Source: a virus (lineage: Duplodnaviria; Heunggongvirae; Uroviricota; Caudoviricetes). From it: 33,030 nt of DNA. The position numbers were made by a program, and so were the translations under genes. The notes beneath the pieces were generated by a model. It did not search any database, was not told the DNA's origin, and was given only the letters and a program-made list of their open reading frames with translations. The stretch lies in IMG/VR virus record IMGVR_UViG_2548876960_000009. One strand, given 5' to 3'. Every line of letters begins with the position of its first letter. The first letter of the stretch is position 1. Below, in pieces: positions 28,447-33,030 of the stretch.

Positions 28447-28535
28447 ACAAAACAGAGAAGAGCATCACCGGACGACGGGCTCATAACCCAATCCATCCGG
28501 GCGGCTGCCACCGCAGGTGTTCTTCTCTGTTTTGT
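28447..28535. repeat. Inverted repeat: 16-bp arms (ACAAAACAGAGAAGAG / complementary arm with one G:U-compatible difference at the arm end) flanking a 57-bp GC-rich spacer
   Basis: Read directly at 28447-28462 and 28520-28535; lies between the terminator and the RBS of the YfdP-like gene. Confidence 0.7.
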
Positions 28536-28583
28536 GGAGAAACCAACCGACCTTGCAGGGTCGATATGATGAGGAACAGCAAA

Positions 28584-28946
28584 ATGGCTAGCGAACGCAG
28601 TACTGATGTGCAGGCATTTATCGGGGAGCTGGACGGCGGCGTATTTGAAACCAAAATCGGCGCAGTTCTCAGTGAAGTCGCTTCCGGTGTGATGAACACG
28701 AAAACCAAAGGGAAGGTCTCACTCAGCCTGGAAATCGAACCATTTGATGAGAACCGTGTGAAAATCAAACACAAACTCTCATATATTCGCCCGACTAACC
28801 GCGGGAAAATTTCCGAAGAAGACACCACCGAAACGCCGATGTATGTCAATCGCGGTGGTCGCCTGACAATTCTGCAGGAAGACCAGGGACAATTACTGAC
28901 TCTTGCCGGTGAACCTGACGGAAAACTCCGCGCAGCAGGTCATTAA
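28584..28946 (+). CDS. yfdP: YfdP-like protein (120 aa)
   Basis: ATG at 28584 with GAGGAA upstream: MASERSTDVQAFIGELDGGVFETKIGAVLSEVASGVMNTKTKGKVSLSLEIEPFDENRV...; size and position (before yfdQ-like) match CPS-53 YfdP as recalled. The track's upstream extension from 28266 crosses the terminator and is probably not coding. Confidence 0.55.
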   Translation: MASERSTDVQAFIGELDGGVFETKIGAVLSEVASGVMNTKTKGKVSLSLEIEPFDENRVKIKHKLSYIRPTNRGKISEEDTTETPMYVNRGGRLTILQEDQGQLLTLAGEPDGKLRAAGH

Positions 28947-29011
28947 TATCGTTCTTAATTAACTGATTATTTATCTCATCACTGAATATCTTTATATAGT
29001 GAGGACTTATT

Positions 29012-29836
29012 ATGTCTCAGAACTTAGACGCAACCGCAATTAATCAAATCCATGCTCTTATTTCTGCTCAGGGTGTTAATGAAATTATCAGTAAGATTGG
29101 TGCCGATGCTGTGGCATTGCCTGAGAATTTCCGCATTCATGATCTGGAAAAATTTAATTTAAATCGCTTCCGTTTCCGTGGTGCGCTTTCCACTGCCAGC
29201 ATCGATGACTTTACCCGTTATTCTAAAGATCTTGCAGATGAAGGCACCCGCTGCTTTATCGATGCTGATAATATGCGTGCCGTCAGTGTGCTTAACCTGG
29301 GTACTATTGATGAACCAGGTCACGCAGATAACACCGCCACTCTCAAACTGAAAAAGACAGCACCGTTCTCTGCACTGTTGTCTGTTAACAGCGAGCGTAA
29401 CTCCCAGAAGTCACTGGCAGAATGGATTGAAGACTGGGCCGACTACCTTGTGGGTTTTGATGCTAATGGTGACGCTATCCAGGCAACAAAATCGGCTGCG
29501 GCTGTCCGTAAAATCACGATTGAAGCAAACCAGACCGCTGATTTTGAAGATAATGACTTCAGCGGCAAACGCTCCCTGATGGAGTCTGTCGAAGCGAAGA
29601 CCAAAGACATTATGCCAGTGGCATTTGAATTTAAATGCGTTCCGTTTGAAGGTCTGAAAGAACGTTCTTTTAAATTACGCCTCAGCATTATCACTGGCGA
29701 TCGTCCTGTACTTGTTCTGCGCATTATTCAGCTGGAGGCTGTGCAGGAAGAAATGGCTAACGAATTTCGCGATCTGCTTGTTGAGAAATTCAAAGACAGC
29801 AAAGTAGAAACCTTTATTGGTACTTTCACCGCCTGA
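29012..29836 (+). CDS. yfdQ: YfdQ-like protein (DUF2303 family, 274 aa)
   Basis: 274-aa [51 protein letters not shown]...; size and sequence character match K-12 CPS-53 YfdQ as recalled. Confidence 0.65.
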   Translation: MSQNLDATAINQIHALISAQGVNEIISKIGADAVALPENFRIHDLEKFNLNRFRFRGALSTASIDDFTRYSKDLADEGTRCFIDADNMRAVSVLNLGTIDEPGHADNTATLKLKKTAPFSALLSVNSERNSQKSLAEWIEDWADYLVGFDANGDAIQATKSAAAVRKITIEANQTADFEDNDFSGKRSLMESVEAKTKDIMPVAFEFKCVPFEGLKERSFKLRLSIITGDRPVLVLRIIQLEAVQEEMANEFRDLLVEKFKDSKVETFIGTFTA

Positions 29837-29848
29837 TTTGATTACTGC

Positions 29849-29870
29849 AAATGCCCCTGCGGGGGCATTT
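29849..29870 (+). terminator. Stem-loop after the yfdQ-like gene (weak terminator or RNA stability element)
   Basis: AAATGCCCC-TGC-GGGGGCATTT; the T-run is short and partly inside the stem. Confidence 0.3.
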
Positions 29871-29964
29871 ATGGAAACGTAATTAACTCAATAATCGCCG
29901 GATGGTGAGGGCTTCCTTTTACCAGAATTCAGTGCGGTGCAGCGCAAATAACGTGGAGAACAAA

Positions 29965-30501
29965 ATGTCATTTATTAAAACTTTTTCTGGGAAGCATTTT
30001 TATTATGACAGGATAAATAAAGACGACATCGTGATTAACGATATCGCGGTTTCCCTTTCAAATATCTGTCGCTTTGCAGGACATCTTTCACACTTCTACA
30101 GCGTCGCCCAGCATGCGGTGCTTTGCAGCCAGCTGGTACCGCAGGAATTTGCTTTTGAAGCGTTAATGCATGATGCAACAGAAGCGTATTGCCAGGACAT
30201 CCCGGCTCCACTGAAACGCCTTCTTCCTGATTATAAACGGATGGAAGAAAAAATAGACGCCGTAATCCGTGAGAAATACGGGTTACCCCCGGTTATGAGC
30301 ACACCTGTGAAATATGCCGATCTCATCATGCTGGCAACCGAACGCCGCGATCTCGGACTTGATGATGGCTCTTTCTGGCCTGTACTGGAAGGCATCCCGG
30401 CAACAGAGATGTTCAAAGTTATTCCACTGGCTCCGAGCCATGCCTACGGGATGTTTATGGAGCGCTTTAACGAGTTATCGGAGTTACGCACATGCGCATG
30501 A
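29965..30501 (+). CDS. yfdR: HD-domain phosphohydrolase (YfdR-like 5'-deoxynucleotidase, 178 aa)
   Basis: From ATG at 29965 (GGAGA upstream): MSFIKTFSGKHFYYD...HLSHFYSVAQHAVLCSQL...ALMHDATEAY..., HD-motif pattern (H...HD...D); size matches YfdR as recalled. Confidence 0.65.
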   Translation: MSFIKTFSGKHFYYDRINKDDIVINDIAVSLSNICRFAGHLSHFYSVAQHAVLCSQLVPQEFAFEALMHDATEAYCQDIPAPLKRLLPDYKRMEEKIDAVIREKYGLPPVMSTPVKYADLIMLATERRDLGLDDGSFWPVLEGIPATEMFKVIPLAPSHAYGMFMERFNELSELRTCA

Positions 30502-30535
30502 GTCTTTCAACCGAACAATCACTGGAGGGGCAGCA

Positions 30536-30730
30536 ATGAACAACTTAATGACAACAAAACAAGTCGCCGAATTCTGTGGCGTTTCAATATCGACGGTGCT
30601 TCGCTGGAACAGCGTAAACAGGAGGACTGGCCAGAAATACAGACCAGATTTTCCAGATCCTGATATTAAATCCTGCCCAAATAAATGGGCATCACGCAAG
30701 ATATATAGGTTTGCTGGAGTAATAGAGTAA
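30536..30730 (+). CDS. Small HTH DNA-binding protein (excisionase/AlpA-like, 64 aa)
   Basis: ATG at 30536 with GGAGGGG upstream: MNNLMTTKQVAEFCGVSISTVLRWNSVNRR...; near the integrase. Confidence 0.5.
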   Translation: MNNLMTTKQVAEFCGVSISTVLRWNSVNRRTGQKYRPDFPDPDIKSCPNKWASRKIYRFAGVIE

Positions 30731-31163
30731 CAAACATTAGCTCAAATGAGAGCTGGCACAGATATGGCACAGACCAAACAAATCTGACTGTCTGCTCTGT
30801 GCCAGGAGCAGCCATTGCTAAGTCCATCCTGTATTGTGCAGGTCAGCTCGTTTTTAAAGAGTCCGGCCATCATCTTACTGGTACAGACACCATATACTTT
30901 GTGACGGTCAGGCTACATATGCACAACTCAACTTATTCATCTATTTTTTGCTTTAGCATGTCAGTGTTGCTTTCTCGTCGGCGGGTGAGCGGTGACCTGA
31001 CCTGTCGATAAAGGAACGTAGCACGTTTTATGCAACACCCGCATGCGGCAGAAAATTATTGCCGAACGTTTACCCCTGTCAACAAGCTTTACTTTTTGAG
31101 GCGCGCCAGCCCGCGAGGAAAACAATCTGAACATCAAATAATTAATGACACAAGAAATACGAT

Positions 31164-31190
31164 TAAAGATTTTTTTGTGCATGCCGATAG
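31164..31190 (+). promoter_or_regulatory. Sigma-28 (FliA) class 3 flagellar-type promoter upstream of the flxA-like gene
   Basis: TAAAGATT, 11-bp spacer, GCCGATAG, against the consensus TAAAGTTT-N11-GCCGATAA; followed by AAGGAG and the ATG at 31214. Confidence 0.7.
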
Positions 31191-31213
31191 TGCTTTTTTA
31201 AAAGGAGAAATCT

Positions 31214-31546
31214 ATGTCTGTCACAATTCAGGGGAATACCTCAACCGTTATTTCAAACAACTCCGCCCCGGAAGGAACATCAGAAATAGCCAAAATCACA
31301 AGACAAATTCAGGTGCTGACTGAAAAGCTTGGGAAAATCTCATCGGAAGAGGGGATGACGACACAGCAGAAAAAAGAAATGGCTGCATTGGTACAGAAGC
31401 AAATTGAAAGCCTCAGGGCTCAACTGGAGCAGTTGTTAAGGCAGCAGGCAGAGAAAAAGAATAAAGACGCGACAGTTCAGCCTGATAAAAAAGAAGAGAA
31501 AAAAGACGATACAAATACCGCTGGCACCATTGATATTTACGTCTAA
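31214..31546 (+). CDS. flxA: FlxA-like protein (110 aa)
   Basis: 110-aa ORF MSVTIQGNTSTVISNNSAPEGTSEIAKITRQIQVLTEKLGK...QQKKEMAALVQKQIESLRAQLEQ...; coiled-coil with Lys/Glu-rich tail; matches my recollection of Qin FlxA and carries the expected sigma-28 promoter. Confidence 0.65.
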   Translation: MSVTIQGNTSTVISNNSAPEGTSEIAKITRQIQVLTEKLGKISSEEGMTTQQKKEMAALVQKQIESLRAQLEQLLRQQAEKKNKDATVQPDKKEEKKDDTNTAGTIDIYV

Positions 31547-31560
31547 GTGACAGCCGTATT

Positions 31561-31584
31561 GTGGCCCTCATCGGGCCACTTTTC
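31561..31584 (+). terminator. Intrinsic terminator after the flxA-like gene
   Basis: GTGGCCC-TCATC-GGGCCAC followed by TTTTC, 15 nt after the stop. Confidence 0.7.
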
Positions 31585-31806
31585 GCCATCAGCCTTTTCT
31601 TTAAAGACATATTATCTTTGTATCATTTCTGATAGTTAACATTACAAGATATAAGTAATGGACGCACTCCCAATTAGTCTATTTAAATCGCCACGAGTTT
31701 AACTGACAACCCATGATCAATTATGAATTGCAACTATTTCTGTAGTCACTTTTGTGGGGACAGTCCACAAAACTGCCAACTTCCGCTTCTTGCTCAAAGC
31801 GGACTG

Positions 31807-33030
31807 TCAGTTGCTGTCTGAACCAGTACAAGTAACGATCGATTCAACTCTCTCCCACCATGCCTGGTAAGCTTTACGCTGTTCTTCTAAATAATCGCTC
31901 TTGTCATAAACCTGCCATACCCCTGGCAGTTTATGACCGAGCATTATTTCTGCAATATGAGGCGCAGTAAGATCAGAAAAGTTTGTTCGTGCTGTTCGTC
32001 TCAAATCATGAAGAGACCAATGGGGGAATTGATACCCTAAACGCCGCCATGCGTACTGCATTAAATTGTAAGGCAGCGACTGCAATGATGTCCGACCAAC
32101 GGGTTCCCTACATCCTTCCTTAGTAAAAAGCATATCGGAACCATTGTTCATAGAGATAACGTACTTTATAAGCTCTTCAACCGGTTCAATAATGGGGCGC
32201 TTTAGCGGTTCACCTGTTATATCCCCTGTCTTATGTCGTTCTGGCGGTACAGTCCATACCTTATTAATGAAATCAAAATCATCCACCCTAGCGGTAATTA
32301 GCTCTGAACTACGGCAGCCAAAATGCAGCAATAGTTTAATGAAGGCCCGGTATTTAGGAACCATTCGAGAACCATCGATCGCAGCATAAAGGATTTTAAT
32401 TTCATCATGTGTCAGAAACCGTTTCTTCTGACCTTTACGGATATCCATATCTTTACCCGTGATATCCGACAGCGGGCGAGTTTCAATAAGCTTTCTCTTA
32501 TACGCCCAGACGTGGGCCTGCTTTGCGTTAATTAGCAATCGGTCTGCTATTGCAGGAGTCTTAGTGCTAAGAGGCTCCAGGACTTCTAACCAATCATGCA
32601 ATGTAGCTGCATCGTGAGGGATATTCCCGATTTTAGAGAACAGGTGCAGCTCAAACGAGCGGAGTATCTGTTCAGAACCTTTTTTATTTTTTACACAATA
32701 TGCTTCATACCAAGCACGGATCACAGACTCTACCGTCATGGCTTCAGTAGCTTTTCGTTTTTCAGCCTGCTTGACCAATCGTGGATTGCGGTTTGACTCG
32801 AGTTCACCACGAAGACGGATAACTTCTTCTCTGGCCTCTTTTAGTCCAGTTGCCGGGTAAGTTCCGATATCAAGACGCTCACCTTTCCCCGCCCACTGAT
32901 AACGATATTGGAACACTACGCGACCTTTCGGTGATACTCTAACAGACAGACCATCACGATCGGATTTAACCAAAACCTTATCACGTTCCTTTCCAACGAC
33001 TGAACGCAACCACGCATCAGACAGCGCCAT
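31807..33030 (-). CDS. Tyrosine recombinase / phage integrase, P4-like family (407 aa, start codon is the last three bases of the window)
   Basis: ORF MALSDAWLRSVVGKERDKVLVKSDRDGLSVRVSPKGRVVFQYRYQ... with C-terminal catalytic region ...HDLRRTARTNFSDL...HIAEIMLGHKLPGVWQVYDKSDY... (R...H-x-x-R...Y pattern). Confidence 0.9.
   Translation of the reverse strand: MALSDAWLRSVVGKERDKVLVKSDRDGLSVRVSPKGRVVFQYRYQWAGKGERLDIGTYPATGLKEAREEVIRLRGELESNRNPRLVKQAEKRKATEAMTVESVIRAWYEAYCVKNKKGSEQILRSFELHLFSKIGNIPHDAATLHDWLEVLEPLSTKTPAIADRLLINAKQAHVWAYKRKLIETRPLSDITGKDMDIRKGQKKRFLTHDEIKILYAAIDGSRMVPKYRAFIKLLLHFGCRSSELITARVDDFDFINKVWTVPPERHKTGDITGEPLKRPIIEPVEELIKYVISMNNGSDMLFTKEGCREPVGRTSLQSLPYNLMQYAWRRLGYQFPHWSLHDLRRTARTNFSDLTAPHIAEIMLGHKLPGVWQVYDKSDYLEEQRKAYQAWWERVESIVTCTGSDSN

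Noticed and set aside
28199-28583. Long plus-strand ORFs (28199-28486, and the 28266 start that runs in frame into the yfdP-like gene) with an Arg-rich start that could be taken for an N-like protein
   Set aside because: Start codons lack ribosome-binding sites, the frames run straight through a 12-bp-stem terminator and a 16-bp inverted repeat, and the region is GC-rich enough to keep frames open by chance; the downstream gene has a proper RBS at 28584.
30745-30810. TGGCAC-N5-TGGCA, resembling a sigma-54 -24/-12 element, within a pair of 9-bp inverted repeats
   Set aside because: The -12 element is TGGC rather than TTGC and there is no downstream gene positioned to use it; more likely a stem-loop in the 3' region of the xis-like gene.
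31751-31773. 8-bp-arm inverted repeat (TTTTGTGG...CCACAAAA) about 35 nt downstream of the integrase stop
   Set aside because: No U-run follows on either strand, so it is not a canonical terminator; it could be a protein-binding site, but I have no evidence to assign a function.

Overview
The whole 33 kb window is one lambdoid prophage, most likely from an Escherichia/Shigella-type genome, with nearly all genes on the minus strand. Reading from high to low coordinates: a P4-family tyrosine integrase at the right edge (attachment site must lie beyond 33030); a plus-strand early-left block (YfdP/YfdQ/YfdR-like, small Xis/AlpA-like HTH, FlxA-like gene with a sigma-28 promoter); an immunity region with CI-like repressor (plus) and Cro-like gene (minus) separated by GTAC-type operators; a translationally coupled replication/nin operon (YdaT/CII-like, replication initiator with internal iterons, Dam methylase, RusA, KilA-N, DUF968, antiterminator Q); a Qin-like late/lysis region (PR' and tR', CspF, CspB, pinholin, SAR endolysin, Rz/Rz1, CspI, GnsB-like); then terminase, portal, protease-capsid fusion and a lambda-like tail module (FII, Z, U, V, G/G-T, H, M, L, K cut by the left edge). 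Gene identities rest on my reading of the translated ORFs against remembered lambda and E. coli K-12 prophage proteins; no database search was run. The most unusual locus is 27.3-28.6 kb between cI and the early-left genes: a PL-like promoter, an rrn-type boxA, an AT-rich reverse-oriented 144-aa gene of unknown function, and a GC-rich structured non-coding island with a strong terminator and a 16-bp perfect inverted repeat. I propose this as a candidate exclusion/defence moron plus a cis-acting antitermination region, but that is inference. No rRNA, tRNA, CRISPR array or IS element was seen.
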